This document shows positions 10,999 to 20,521 of a stretch of DNA of 64,000 nt, piece by piece (the first letter of the stretch is position 1; each line of letters begins with the position of its first letter). The notes beneath the pieces were generated by a model. It saw only the letters and a program-made list of their open reading frames with translations, ran no database searches and was not told the origin of the DNA. The stretch spans positions 1,660 through 65,659 of the forward strand of contig CAJWPZ010000006.1 in assembly GCA_913045325.1 (NCBI GenBank). The letters are read 5' to 3'. The translations under genes and the position numbers were made by a program. Source of the stretch: an uncultured Flavobacteriaceae bacterium. Its GTDB lineage: Bacteria > Bacteroidota > Bacteroidia > Flavobacteriales > Flavobacteriaceae.

Positions 10999-11805
10999 TT
11001 GAAAAAAACAATTGCAATTGCGGGATTAGGTTGGCTAGGAAAACCACTAGCCCAACACCTATCATTTTTAGGGCACACTATAAAAGGCTCTGTGACCTCT
11101 CAAAGAAAAGCCACGGCCTTACAGCAAAGTGGCATTGACACCTATGTAATTAATAGCACAGAAGACGGCCTGTACGGCGCTGCTCAGGGGTTTTTAAAAC
11201 AGGTGGACACCTTGGTTATTATGATTCCGCCGGGTCTTAGAAAAAATACTGGGGCAGATTATGTCTTAAAAATGTCTCACTTATTGTCTGAAGTTTTAAA
11301 ATCTAAGGTGGCCAACATTGTATTTATAAGCAGTACTTCTGTGTATAATGACACCCAAGGAAAAGTCACAGAAAAAGAAGTTCCGTTGCCTGAGACCCAA
11401 GCGGCAAAGCAATTATTTCAAGTAGAGCAGTTATTTTTTAACGCCCCTGGAATTAACACCAGTATTGTTCGCTTTGGAGGCCTTATAGGAGGCGCTAGAC
11501 AACCCGTAAAGTACCTTGCGGGCAGGAAAGCATTAGAGGGCGGGGATGCGCCCGTAAACCTTATTCACAAAAAAGATTGCATTGGCATTATTTCTAATAT
11601 TATAAAGCAGGATGCCTTCGGGCATATTTTTAATGGGGTGCACCCAAATCACCCAAAGAAAAAAGAATATTATTCTCAAAAAGCCAAAGAATTGGATCTC
11701 ATTGCTCCAGAATTTTCACAATCAGAGGTTGACACTCAAAGCAAACAGGTTGATTCTATAAATCTAGAGGCTATTATTGGGTATCGCTTTAAAGAGATGA
11801 TATAA
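10999..11805 (+). CDS. NAD(P)-binding atypical SDR/epimerase (YeeZ-like)
   Basis: GLGWLG, ISSTSVY, RFGGLIG and PVNLIH motifs; TTG start. Confidence 0.85.
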   Translation: MKKTIAIAGLGWLGKPLAQHLSFLGHTIKGSVTSQRKATALQQSGIDTYVINSTEDGLYGAAQGFLKQVDTLVIMIPPGLRKNTGADYVLKMSHLLSEVLKSKVANIVFISSTSVYNDTQGKVTEKEVPLPETQAAKQLFQVEQLFFNAPGINTSIVRFGGLIGGARQPVKYLAGRKALEGGDAPVNLIHKKDCIGIISNIIKQDAFGHIFNGVHPNHPKKKEYYSQKAKELDLIAPEFSQSEVDTQSKQVDSINLEAIIGYRFKEMI

Positions 11806-11807
11806 GG

Positions 11808-12398
11808 TTACTTGTTATTATCTGTAGAAGATTTATAACCAGAGTATACTCGTTTTTTAAGTACTTCTTTTTCTTGAAGCTCGTTGTTTTTTACTTTATT
11901 GTCTTGAGTATCTTTTTCAAATTTTTCATTGATTTGAATAATCAAATTTGCAGTTGCCAAGTTCATCTGAGAGATAGCCTGCTGCATTGCCAAGGTGTCT
12001 AATCTGCCTTTATTGGCTTCTTGCTTTACAATAGCCGCTCTGGTCTTGGTAATAATAACCCTTGCATAAATGGGCTGGGTGTTTAAGGTGTCTGGAATAT
12101 TTCTTGTTAAGGAGTCCATCCTAGAAACAAGCATGTTACTGCGTTGTTGAATTGTTTTTAAACTTGCCTGATTAATAGCCAAAACCTCTGTAATAAGATC
12201 ATCAAAAACAGGCCATTGAGAAATGTAATTTTCAGAACTCTTAGAAAAATCTGGTAGCATAGCATCTGGTTGGCCAAATAATTTAGCATCTGTAACCTTT
12301 TCTGTCTTGGTTTGAGAGGCTGCCTGTTGGCTGTCTATACAGCTCAAAACAACAAACAGCAGACAGATACTAGAAAAAAAAAGAAATTCCCGTTTCAT
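11808..12398 (-). CDS. Hypothetical lipoprotein
   Basis: Signal peptide with VLSC lipobox; helical body; TATATTTG -7 element upstream on the minus strand. Confidence 0.7.
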   Translation of the reverse strand: MKREFLFFSSICLLFVVLSCIDSQQAASQTKTEKVTDAKLFGQPDAMLPDFSKSSENYISQWPVFDDLITEVLAINQASLKTIQQRSNMLVSRMDSLTRNIPDTLNTQPIYARVIITKTRAAIVKQEANKGRLDTLAMQQAISQMNLATANLIIQINEKFEKDTQDNKVKNNELQEKEVLKKRVYSGYKSSTDNNK

Positions 12399-12509
12399 AA
12401 AACAATGTAATTACAACAAATATACCTTTTCTCTCACAAAGGGTTGTTTTTGAGTGTGCTTTATAGTGTTAAATAATGCTATATTTACATCAAAAATTGA
12501 ACCTATAGT

Positions 12510-13448
12510 ATGGAAAAAAGAATTTTAATCATTGGCGCTTCTGGACAAATTGGTAACGAACTTACCATGTACCTAAGGAATCTGTATTCAAATCAAAATG
12601 TGATTGCCAGTGATATCAGAGAGGCTAGTAACCAGGTTATGGAAAGTGGCCCTTTTGAAATTCTTGACGCCATGGATAGCAAGGCCATTGAAAAAATAGT
12701 AACAAACTATAACATTACAGATGTTTATCTAATGGCGGCTATGTTAAGTGCTACCGCAGAAAAGTATCCAAGCAAAGGGTGGGATTTAAACATGAGCTCG
12801 TTGTTTAATGTCTTAAACCTAGCCAAAGATAAAAAAATTGAAAAAGTTTTTTGGCCCTCTAGTATTGCTGTTTTTGGGCCCACTACGCCCAAAACCAACA
12901 CTCCACAACACACCATAATGGAACCAGCAACAGTCTATGGAATTAGCAAACAAACCGGAGAGCGTTGGTGTGAGTATTATCATAAGCGCTATGGAGTAGA
13001 TGTGCGTAGTATTCGCTATCCTGGCCTGATCAGTTACAAAACTCCTCCAGGGGGAGGCACCACAGATTATGCCATTGAAATTTTCCATAAAGCGTTAAAA
13101 GAAAAAAAATACACTTGTTTTTTATCGGCCCAAACCGCCTTGCCTATGATGTTTATGGATGATGCAATTAATGCCACTGTAAATATCATGCTAGCCCCAC
13201 CACAGAAAATAAAAATTAGAAACGCATACAATCTAGCCGCACTGAGTTTTACCCCTCAAGAGCTTGCCGCTAGTATACAAAAACACATTCCAAAATTTAC
13301 CATAGAGTATCAGCCAGATTTTAGACAAGCAATTGCAGATTCTTGGCCAGCAAGTATTGATGACGCTTTGGCAAGAAAAGATTGGGGATGGGAGCATCAC
13401 ATAACTCTTGATGCCATGACCAAAATCATGATTGACAATTTAAAATAA
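12510..13448 (+). CDS. ltd: L-threonine 3-dehydrogenase, SDR type
   Basis: GASGQIG, LSATAE, PSSIAVFG, YGISK and GGGTTDY motifs. Confidence 0.9.
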   Translation: MEKRILIIGASGQIGNELTMYLRNLYSNQNVIASDIREASNQVMESGPFEILDAMDSKAIEKIVTNYNITDVYLMAAMLSATAEKYPSKGWDLNMSSLFNVLNLAKDKKIEKVFWPSSIAVFGPTTPKTNTPQHTIMEPATVYGISKQTGERWCEYYHKRYGVDVRSIRYPGLISYKTPPGGGTTDYAIEIFHKALKEKKYTCFLSAQTALPMMFMDDAINATVNIMLAPPQKIKIRNAYNLAALSFTPQELAASIQKHIPKFTIEYQPDFRQAIADSWPASIDDALARKDWGWEHHITLDAMTKIMIDNLK

Positions 13449-13493
13449 GACACTTCAATAAACAGGGGTTAATTCCAAAAAAGTACCGCGCAT

Positions 13494-13526
13494 AAAAAAA
13501 GGCAAACGAGATGTTCACCTTTTTTT
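13494..13526 (-). terminator. Intrinsic terminator (serves the sRNA and probably purF)
   Basis: A7-GGUGAAC-AUCUC-GUUUGCC-U7. Confidence 0.75.
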
Positions 13527-13570
13527 GCCCCAAATTTTACCATGAACTTAACCTACTTATGTTATGGTAT
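13494..13570 (-). ncRNA. Candidate small RNA of about 77 nt with its own promoter and terminator
   Basis: TACATTTG -7 element at 13582-13575, a 5' hairpin, and a terminal hairpin plus U7 that pairs fully only on the minus strand (via G.U pairs). Confidence 0.6.
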
Positions 13571-13574
13571 GAAT

Positions 13575-13582
13575 CAAATGTA
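13575..13582 (-). promoter_or_regulatory. -7 promoter element TACATTTG for the candidate sRNA
   Basis: Exact TAnnTTTG match with no sizeable ORF downstream. Confidence 0.65.
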
Positions 13583-13686
13583 TGATTATTTTTATACTAT
13601 AAAAGCAACTTCTATAGGTTTTGGATAAAGTGAGAATAAACCCGACAAACGACTTAAAAATTACAGCATTAGCAAGCAATTAGTCT

Positions 13687-15585
13687 TTAATATGCTCTTT
13701 CTGGATTTCCTTCAAAGAAATTAACGTACGCTTTATTGACAACTCTATTGCCTCCACTGGTAGGGTAATCTCCTGTAAAATACCAATCTCCTAAATTTTT
13801 AGGACAGGCTTTGTGCAAATCATCTACAGATTGAAATATCAATTTCACTTTGGTAGAAATACCCTCTTCTGTAATAATCTGGGCAATCTTATCAGATATT
13901 TGCTCATCTGTAAAAGGCGCGTATAGGTCTTTTACATGGTTTATAACCTCTGCATCTGCAAGTAAAAGTTGTTGTTTACATTTATGGTAAATCTCTTCTA
14001 TTATTGCATCTGTCCCCTTGTCTTTATGCAACTCAACGGCAGCATTAAAAGCAACAAGTTTTTCCAATCTGGCCATATCAATTCCATAACAATCTGGATA
14101 CCGTATTTGAGGAGCAGAAGACACAACCACTATCTGTTTAGGTTTAAGGCGGTCTAACATGCGTAAAATACTTTTCTTTAAGGTGGTGCCCCTTACAATA
14201 CTATCATCTATAATCACCAAATTATCGGTTGGCTTAACAACACCATAGGTCACATCATATACATGTGCTACCAAATCATCTCTACTGCTATCATCTGTAA
14301 TAAAGGTGCGCAGCTTAACATCTTTTATAGCTATTTTCTCAGTACGTATTTTATGAGCCTGTATCTCACTAAGGCGCTCTGGTGTAAGATTTTTTGCCTC
14401 TTTTAAAATAGCCGCATTTTTTTGTTTGTTAAGCTCGTTTTGAGCAGCGTCTAGCATTCCGTAAAAAGAGGTCTCTGCTGTATTTGGTATGAAAGAAAAC
14501 ACACTGTTTTCTGTGTCATGATCGATGGCAGATAATACTTTGGGCATAATCAATCTCCCTAGTTCTTTACGTTCTTGGTATATTTCGGCATCACTCCCTC
14601 GAGAAAAATAAATACGCTCAAAAGAACAACTCTTTCGTGGTAGTGGTGTTAGTATTTCTGAAATACTCATGCCTCCATCCTTTTTAAGAATCAGGGCATT
14701 TCCTGGATCAATCTCTTTTACATCGTCAAAAGCTACATTAAAAACTGTTTGTATTACTGGACGTTCACTGGCTACCACTACCACCTCATCATCTTTATAA
14801 TAATACACCGGGCGTATACCTGCTGGGTCACGCAATACAAATGCATCTCCATGTCCCAAAAGTCCTGCCATGGCATAACCACCATCCCAGTTTTTTGCAG
14901 ACTTCTTTAATATCTTTTCAATATTGAGGTTCTCAATAATATGGCCAGAAGCCTCTCTCTTAGACAGCCCTTTCTTTTTTGCTTTTTTATACAGCTTGGC
15001 AACTTCTTGATCTAAAAAATGACCAATGTTCTCTAGGATGGTAATGGTATCTGCCTTTTCTTTAGGGTGCATTCCTAGATCAATTAAATTCTGGAACAAC
15101 TCTGTGGTATTGGTCATGTTAAAATTTCCAGCAATAATAAGGTTGCGATGCATCCAGTTATTTTGTCTTAGAAAAGGATGTACCGTCTCTACACTATTAC
15201 CACCAAAAGTCCCATAACGTACATGTCCCAACATAAGCTCCCCTATGTAAGGAATCTCTTTTTTCTGGGCGGCAACATCGTCTTTAATGCCTGGATTTTT
15301 ATCAAACTCTGCATTAATACGGTTGTTTATTTGGGCAAAAATGTCCTGTATGGGTTGAGATTTGTTAGACCTAACTCTACTAATGTAACGCTCTCCTGCC
15401 GTTGGGTCTAATTTAATACTTGCAAATCCAGCACCGTCTTGACCACGGTTGTGCTGTTTTTCCATCATTAAATACATTTTATTCACTCCGTAAAAAGCGG
15501 TGCCGTATTTCTTTTTATAAAAGGCCAAAGGTTTTAAAAGTCTAACCATGGCAATACCACATTCATGTTTTAAAGCGTCACTCAT
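13687..15585 (-). CDS. purF: Amidophosphoribosyltransferase (long Bacteroidota form)
   Basis: HE-CGI Ntn nucleophile, HNRGQDGAG, GHVRYGT, DDSIVRGTT and CYGIDM. Confidence 0.93.
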   Translation of the reverse strand: MSDALKHECGIAMVRLLKPLAFYKKKYGTAFYGVNKMYLMMEKQHNRGQDGAGFASIKLDPTAGERYISRVRSNKSQPIQDIFAQINNRINAEFDKNPGIKDDVAAQKKEIPYIGELMLGHVRYGTFGGNSVETVHPFLRQNNWMHRNLIIAGNFNMTNTTELFQNLIDLGMHPKEKADTITILENIGHFLDQEVAKLYKKAKKKGLSKREASGHIIENLNIEKILKKSAKNWDGGYAMAGLLGHGDAFVLRDPAGIRPVYYYKDDEVVVVASERPVIQTVFNVAFDDVKEIDPGNALILKKDGGMSISEILTPLPRKSCSFERIYFSRGSDAEIYQERKELGRLIMPKVLSAIDHDTENSVFSFIPNTAETSFYGMLDAAQNELNKQKNAAILKEAKNLTPERLSEIQAHKIRTEKIAIKDVKLRTFITDDSSRDDLVAHVYDVTYGVVKPTDNLVIIDDSIVRGTTLKKSILRMLDRLKPKQIVVVSSAPQIRYPDCYGIDMARLEKLVAFNAAVELHKDKGTDAIIEEIYHKCKQQLLLADAEVINHVKDLYAPFTDEQISDKIAQIITEEGISTKVKLIFQSVDDLHKACPKNLGDWYFTGDYPTSGGNRVVNKAYVNFFEGNPERAY

Positions 15586-15640
15586 ATTGGTTTCCCAGAC
15601 AGTCGGGAATGGTATTAATGATTAATAATTGCAAGTATAT

Positions 15641-15666
15641 AAAAAACGTCCCAAAAAATTGGGACG
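15641..15666 (-). terminator. Intrinsic terminator after the PfkB kinase
   Basis: CGTCCCAA-TTTT-TTGGGACG followed by a U tract on the minus strand. Confidence 0.75.
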
Positions 15667-15671
15667 CGTTG

Positions 15672-16595
15672 TTATGATAATTCTAAATCGTATTGTGTCA
15701 AGCTCTTAAACTTTTGCAAACGCGAGTCAATCTCCTTTTTGGTTAATTGTTCCATGCGCTGTGTGCCAAATTTTTCTACACAAAAAGAAGCCAAACAAGA
15801 GCCGTAAATAATGGCTCTTTTCATGCTCTCAAAGCTGTAGTCTCCTGTTTTTGCTAAATATCCTGTAAACCCTCCTGCAAAAGTATCTCCTGCACCAGTT
15901 GGGTCAAACACCTCAGCTAGTGGCATTGCCGGAGCAAAAAACATCTCATCTTTATAAAAAATCAAGGCGCCGTGTTCCCCTTTTTTGATTACTACATATT
16001 TTGGGCCCATCTCCATGATTATTTTTGAAGCATTCACCAAAGAGTAGGCTCCAGACAATTGTCTTGCCTCTTCATCATTAATGGTAATTACATCTACCTT
16101 AGCGATTACTTTTTTAAGATCATCTAGGGCTATATCCATCCAAAAATTCATGGTATCCAAGACCACCATTTTTGGGTTATTCATTTGCTCTATCACACTC
16201 ATTTGTACCATTGGGTGCAAATTTCCTAACATAACCACCTCTGCATCTTTGTAAGAATCTGGCACCACTGGAGTAAATGTTTCTAACACATTAAGCTCTG
16301 TAGCTAGGGTGTCTCTAGAATTCATGTCATTGTGATACTTGCCGCTCCAAAAAAATGTTTTACCATCCTTTACAATTTCAAGTCCTTGTGTGTTGATGCC
16401 TTTCCCTTCCAGCATTTGGATATCTGATTGCAAGAAATCTCCACCAACCACAGATACAATAGCTGGATCTATATCAAATTGGGCGCTAGAGAGCCCAATA
16501 TAAGTTGCGGCACCTCCTAAAATTTTATCGGTTTTCCCAAAAGGAGTTTCAATAGCATCAAAAGCCACGGTTCCTACAATAACTAGTTTACTCAT
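15672..16595 (-). CDS. PfkB family carbohydrate/nucleoside kinase
   Basis: GGAATY, INDEEA, KKGEHG and DPTGAGDTFAGG. Confidence 0.93.
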   Translation of the reverse strand: MSKLVIVGTVAFDAIETPFGKTDKILGGAATYIGLSSAQFDIDPAIVSVVGGDFLQSDIQMLEGKGINTQGLEIVKDGKTFFWSGKYHNDMNSRDTLATELNVLETFTPVVPDSYKDAEVVMLGNLHPMVQMSVIEQMNNPKMVVLDTMNFWMDIALDDLKKVIAKVDVITINDEEARQLSGAYSLVNASKIIMEMGPKYVVIKKGEHGALIFYKDEMFFAPAMPLAEVFDPTGAGDTFAGGFTGYLAKTGDYSFESMKRAIIYGSCLASFCVEKFGTQRMEQLTKKEIDSRLQKFKSLTQYDLELS

Positions 16596-16732
16596 ACAAT
16601 TATTTCCAATAATTAAGATGTAAATTTAATCAATTAAATGAGAAAAAAGAAGTTTTATTAAACAGTCTAGCACATAAATTAAATCCTATAATTTTGATGT
16701 AGAAAAACCTAAAATATAGCGTTGGTACTTTC

Positions 16733-17374
16733 TTATTTTCTGCCAAAATCTGCAGGAATTTCTCCCCAGGCTTTGGTCTCCCATTTAACGATAAAAGTGG
16801 TATAAGAATTGTTTTTCAGCCATAGTTCTGCCCTAGATATAAGCTCAAAGATGACTTGGTTTTTTTTGGTTTTTTTTAATTTGGTGTTACACTTTTGTTT
16901 CTTTACCCAACCAATTGCAATTCTAGAGTCTGAATAAATAATACGGTCGCTTTTCTGATTTTTAAGAAATGCCAAGCCATGAACCAATGCCAAAAATTCT
17001 CCTACATTATTGGTAGCTTGATCAAATGGCCCTTGTAAAAACAATTGCCCGTGTGTTTGTGTGTCTACCCCGCGGTATTCCATGAGCCCTGGATTTCCGC
17101 TGCAGGCTGCATCTACCGCAATAGAGTATAGATTTGGTTGGCCGTATTGGGCTTTTTGAGAGGGAGTTAGGGCTTTGTTTTTTCCTGGCGTTTTACCTTT
17201 ATAATCTTGGTAGCTTTTATTGTATGCTATTTTGGCAGCAGGCAAAGATTCAAAGCTCATGTACTGAGCTCCTGAGACGCCTTTTATGGCTTCTTGGCAC
17301 TGCTTCCAGCTATGGTAAACCCCGGCAGGATTTCCAAACCAAACAACATAATATTTTTGTTTTTTTTGCGCCAT
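16733..17374 (-). CDS. rnhA: Ribonuclease HI with N-terminal hybrid-binding (caulimovirus viroplasmin-like) domain
   Basis: KYYVVW.G..GVY.SW domain; VDAACSGNPG, TNNVGEFLA, YSDS and WGEIPADFGRK. Confidence 0.9.
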   Translation of the reverse strand: MAQKKQKYYVVWFGNPAGVYHSWKQCQEAIKGVSGAQYMSFESLPAAKIAYNKSYQDYKGKTPGKNKALTPSQKAQYGQPNLYSIAVDAACSGNPGLMEYRGVDTQTHGQLFLQGPFDQATNNVGEFLALVHGLAFLKNQKSDRIIYSDSRIAIGWVKKQKCNTKLKKTKKNQVIFELISRAELWLKNNSYTTFIVKWETKAWGEIPADFGRK

Positions 17375-17382
17375 GAATGCTA

Positions 17383-17961
17383 CTATAGTGAGGGTTTAGT
17401 TAAAACATCCTCGATTACCTTAGGTAGCCACTGATGCTCTAGAAGTTGCACCTTTTGGGCAACATCTTGCGGGGTATCTTGTGGTGCTATTGTTGTCTTT
17501 TTCTGAAATATAACTTTCCCCTGGTCATAGTGGTTATTCACATAATGTATAGTAATCCCGCTGTGAGTCTCTTTGTTTTCTACTACCGCCTTATGTACAT
17601 GGTGGCCATACATTCCTTTTCCGCCATATTTTGGCAATAAGGCTGGATGTATGTTTATGACCTTGTTTGGGTAGGCGTCTATAATAATTTCAGGAAATTT
17701 AAGTAAAAACCCCGCTAATACAAGTAGGTCTGGTTTGCGATTGTTTAACAAAGAAAGTAGGCCCTGGGGGGCTAGCATTTCAGCTTTAGTGAAAGACAAA
17801 GCCTCAATATTTAAATCCAAAGAGCGGGCTAGCACTTTAGCGTTTTTATTATTTGAAAGCACACAAACCACCTGGGCGTGTTTTGAGTTTTGAAAATATT
17901 TTATAATATTCTGTGTATTTGTGCCATTGCCTGAAGCAAATATTACAATGCGCTTCTTCAT
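17383..17961 (-). CDS. purN: Phosphoribosylglycinamide formyltransferase (start may instead be 17997)
   Basis: FASGNGTN, LAGFL, NIHPALLPKYGG and SGITIHYV. Confidence 0.93.
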   Translation of the reverse strand: MKKRIVIFASGNGTNTQNIIKYFQNSKHAQVVCVLSNNKNAKVLARSLDLNIEALSFTKAEMLAPQGLLSLLNNRKPDLLVLAGFLLKFPEIIIDAYPNKVINIHPALLPKYGGKGMYGHHVHKAVVENKETHSGITIHYVNNHYDQGKVIFQKKTTIAPQDTPQDVAQKVQLLEHQWLPKVIEDVLTKPSL

Positions 17962-18137
17962 AGGTTTTGATTGGGTGCTTGCAGAAGTTATCATCAATAA
18001 ATATCACAAAAGTAAGGCAATCGAGATACACTTCTATTAAAAATGTTAAATTTGGTTATAGATTTTTTTTTTAAAGTAGTGTTTTAAGTTAAAATATTTT
18101 ATTTTTACCGCTTAATTAAAATTTAAAAACAAAGATT

Positions 18138-18371
18138 ATGTCAGACATTGCATCAAGAGTAAAAGCTATCATCGTAGACAAATTAGGTGTTGACGAGAAT
18201 GAGGTTGTTAACCAGGCAAGCTTCACCAACGACCTAGGAGCAGATTCACTAGATACGGTTGAGCTTATTATGGAATTTGAAAAAGAATTTGATATCCAAA
18301 TTCCAGATGATCAAGCTGAAAACATTGCTACAGTTGGTCAAGCAGTTTCATATATTGAAGAGAACAAATAA
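18138..18371 (+). CDS. acpP: Acyl carrier protein
   Basis: [12 protein letters not shown] phosphopantetheine site. Confidence 0.98.
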   Translation: MSDIASRVKAIIVDKLGVDENEVVNQASFTNDLGADSLDTVELIMEFEKEFDIQIPDDQAENIATVGQAVSYIEENK

Positions 18372-18383
18372 GAAAAATCCTTT

Positions 18384-19637
18384 ATGGAATTAAAGCGAGT
18401 TGTAGTAACAGGTCTTGGCGCACTTACACCCATTGGAAATAACATCCAAGAATATTGGGATGCTTTGAAAAGTGGTAAAAGTGGCTGCGCACCTATTACT
18501 TATTTTGATACTGAAAAGTTCAAAACAAAATTCGCTTGTGAGGTAAAGAATTATGATCCGTTACAACATTTTAACCGCAAAGAGGCTAGAAAGCTAGACC
18601 GATTTGCTCAATACGCACTAATCTCTAGTGACCAGGCCATACAAGATGCTGCCCTAGACATGGATGCCATAGATAAATTTCGAGTTGGTGTTATTTGGGG
18701 AGCAGGTATTGGAGGTATTGAAACATTTCAAAATGAAGTAATAAACTTTTCACAAGGGGATGGAACGCCACGTTTCAACCCCTTTTTTATTCCAAAAATG
18801 ATTGCAGACATTGCCCCAGGTAATATTTCAATCAAACACGGCTTTATGGGGCCAAACTACACTACGGTCTCTGCCTGTGCGTCTTCTGCTAATGCTATGA
18901 TTGATGCTTTAAACTATATTCGTTTAGGGCATTGTGATATTATTATAACAGGAGGAAGTGAAGCAGCTGTAACCATGGCTGGTGTAGGTGGTTTTAATGC
19001 CATGCATGCCCTTTCTACAAAAAACGAATCTCCACAGTCTGCATCAAGACCTTTTGATGCTACTCGTGATGGATTTGTGTTAGGAGAAGGTGCTGGAGCA
19101 TTGGTGTTAGAAGACTACGAACACGCAAAAGCACGTGGCGCAAAAATATACGCTGAGGTAATTGGAGGCGGTATGTCTAGTGATGCATATCACATGACTG
19201 CTCCACATCCTGATGGTATTGGCGTAGAGCGTGTGATGCATAATTGTTTGAAAGACGCCGGCATAAGTGCTGGAGAAGTTGACGCAATAAACACGCATGG
19301 TACTTCAACACCTCTTGGAGATGTTGCAGAATTAAAAGCAATTAGTAAAGTATTTGGCGCACATGCCAATAAAATAAACATCAATTCTACAAAATCTATG
19401 ACGGGTCACTTACTTGGCGCCGCTGGTGCAATAGAAGCAATTGCCTCTATTTTATCCATGCAGCACAATTTAGTGCCTCCTACTATTAATCATACCGAGG
19501 TTGATTCAAACATAGATCCTTCTTTAAATCTAACACTCAATAAAGCACAAAAAAGAGAGGTGAATATTGCCATGAGCAATACCTTTGGTTTTGGTGGCCA
19601 CAATGCTTGTGTGCTGTTTAGAAAACTAAAGGACTAA
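18384..19637 (+). CDS. fabF: 3-oxoacyl-ACP synthase II
   Basis: SACAS, THGTST, KSMTGHLLGAAG and NTFGFGG (Cys-His-His triad). Confidence 0.97.
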   Translation: MELKRVVVTGLGALTPIGNNIQEYWDALKSGKSGCAPITYFDTEKFKTKFACEVKNYDPLQHFNRKEARKLDRFAQYALISSDQAIQDAALDMDAIDKFRVGVIWGAGIGGIETFQNEVINFSQGDGTPRFNPFFIPKMIADIAPGNISIKHGFMGPNYTTVSACASSANAMIDALNYIRLGHCDIIITGGSEAAVTMAGVGGFNAMHALSTKNESPQSASRPFDATRDGFVLGEGAGALVLEDYEHAKARGAKIYAEVIGGGMSSDAYHMTAPHPDGIGVERVMHNCLKDAGISAGEVDAINTHGTSTPLGDVAELKAISKVFGAHANKININSTKSMTGHLLGAAGAIEAIASILSMQHNLVPPTINHTEVDSNIDPSLNLTLNKAQKREVNIAMSNTFGFGGHNACVLFRKLKD

Positions 19638-19641
19638 AACA

Positions 19642-20391
19642 ATGGCAACTTTTAAAAACATATTTAATCCCCGTGCCCTAAAGGACGGGGATTTTTTTAT
19701 TGCCATAAAACAACTGCTGGGGTTCAATCCTAAAAACCTTGACATCTACCAAGAGGCCTTTACTCACCGCTCTACCAACACTACCTCTACTCAAGGGCAT
19801 GCCCAAAACTATGAACGTATGGAGTTTCTTGGAGATGCGATGCTAAGCGCTATTATTGCGGCGCACCTTTACAATAAAGTACCCGGAGGAGATGAAGGCT
19901 ACCTCACTAAAATGAGAAGTAAAGTAGTAAGCAGGGAGCACCTTAACGAGTTAGGAAGAGATCTAGAACTAACAAAGCATGTAAAAACTACTGTACCTAT
20001 AGGGCAGTTTGGTGTTAATATTCATGGCAATGTATTTGAGGCCCTAGTAGGAGCCATATACCTAGATAGGGGTTATAAGTATTGCGAAAAATTCATCAAC
20101 AAACGTGTAATAGAACCCTATGTTGATATTGAAAAACTAGAAGGAAAAGTAATCAGCTACAAGAGCCTCTTTATTGAATGGTGTCAAAAGAACAAACATC
20201 AGTTTAAGTTCTCGATCTATGAAGATACCGGAAACGACACTCTTAAACATTTTGGCGTAAAGCTAACCCTAGATGGTACCCTTGTAGGAAAGGCAAGAGC
20301 AACCTCAAAAAAGAAAGGGGAAGAACAAGCAGCCAAAAGAGCGTATTATAAATTACAACAAGAGATAGACGGTTTTAGCAAAAAAAGCTAA
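19642..20391 (+). CDS. rnc: Ribonuclease III
   Basis: NYERMEFLGDA signature, FEALVGAIYLD and a C-terminal dsRBD. Confidence 0.96.
   Translation: MATFKNIFNPRALKDGDFFIAIKQLLGFNPKNLDIYQEAFTHRSTNTTSTQGHAQNYERMEFLGDAMLSAIIAAHLYNKVPGGDEGYLTKMRSKVVSREHLNELGRDLELTKHVKTTVPIGQFGVNIHGNVFEALVGAIYLDRGYKYCEKFINKRVIEPYVDIEKLEGKVISYKSLFIEWCQKNKHQFKFSIYEDTGNDTLKHFGVKLTLDGTLVGKARATSKKKGEEQAAKRAYYKLQQEIDGFSKKS
19666..19698 (+). terminator. Terminator-like hairpin inside the 5' coding region of rnc
   Basis: AATCCCCGT-N10-ACGGGGATT followed by a T run (T7, 19692-19698). Confidence 0.65.
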
Positions 20392-20521
20392 GAGTTCCCG
20401 GCAAATACGGTCAATAAACCGCTACATTACTACAACATATTGTCTTTTGAGCTAGAATTTATAGCATCTTTTTATATTTCTACTAAAAGTATCTATACTT
20501 TTACCACTTATACCTAATGCT

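Noticed and set aside
13469-13543. 24-codon minus-strand ORF (MVKFGAKKGEHLVCLFLCAVLFWN) starting inside the candidate sRNA
   Set aside because: Its ATG is buried in the 5' stem and the frame runs through the terminator, so it is probably incidental. Ribo-seq would be needed to exclude it fully.
16733-17374. 'Viroplasmin' domain suggesting a viral origin
   Set aside because: This is the standard hybrid-binding domain of this RNase HI class; no phage or integrase genes are nearby.
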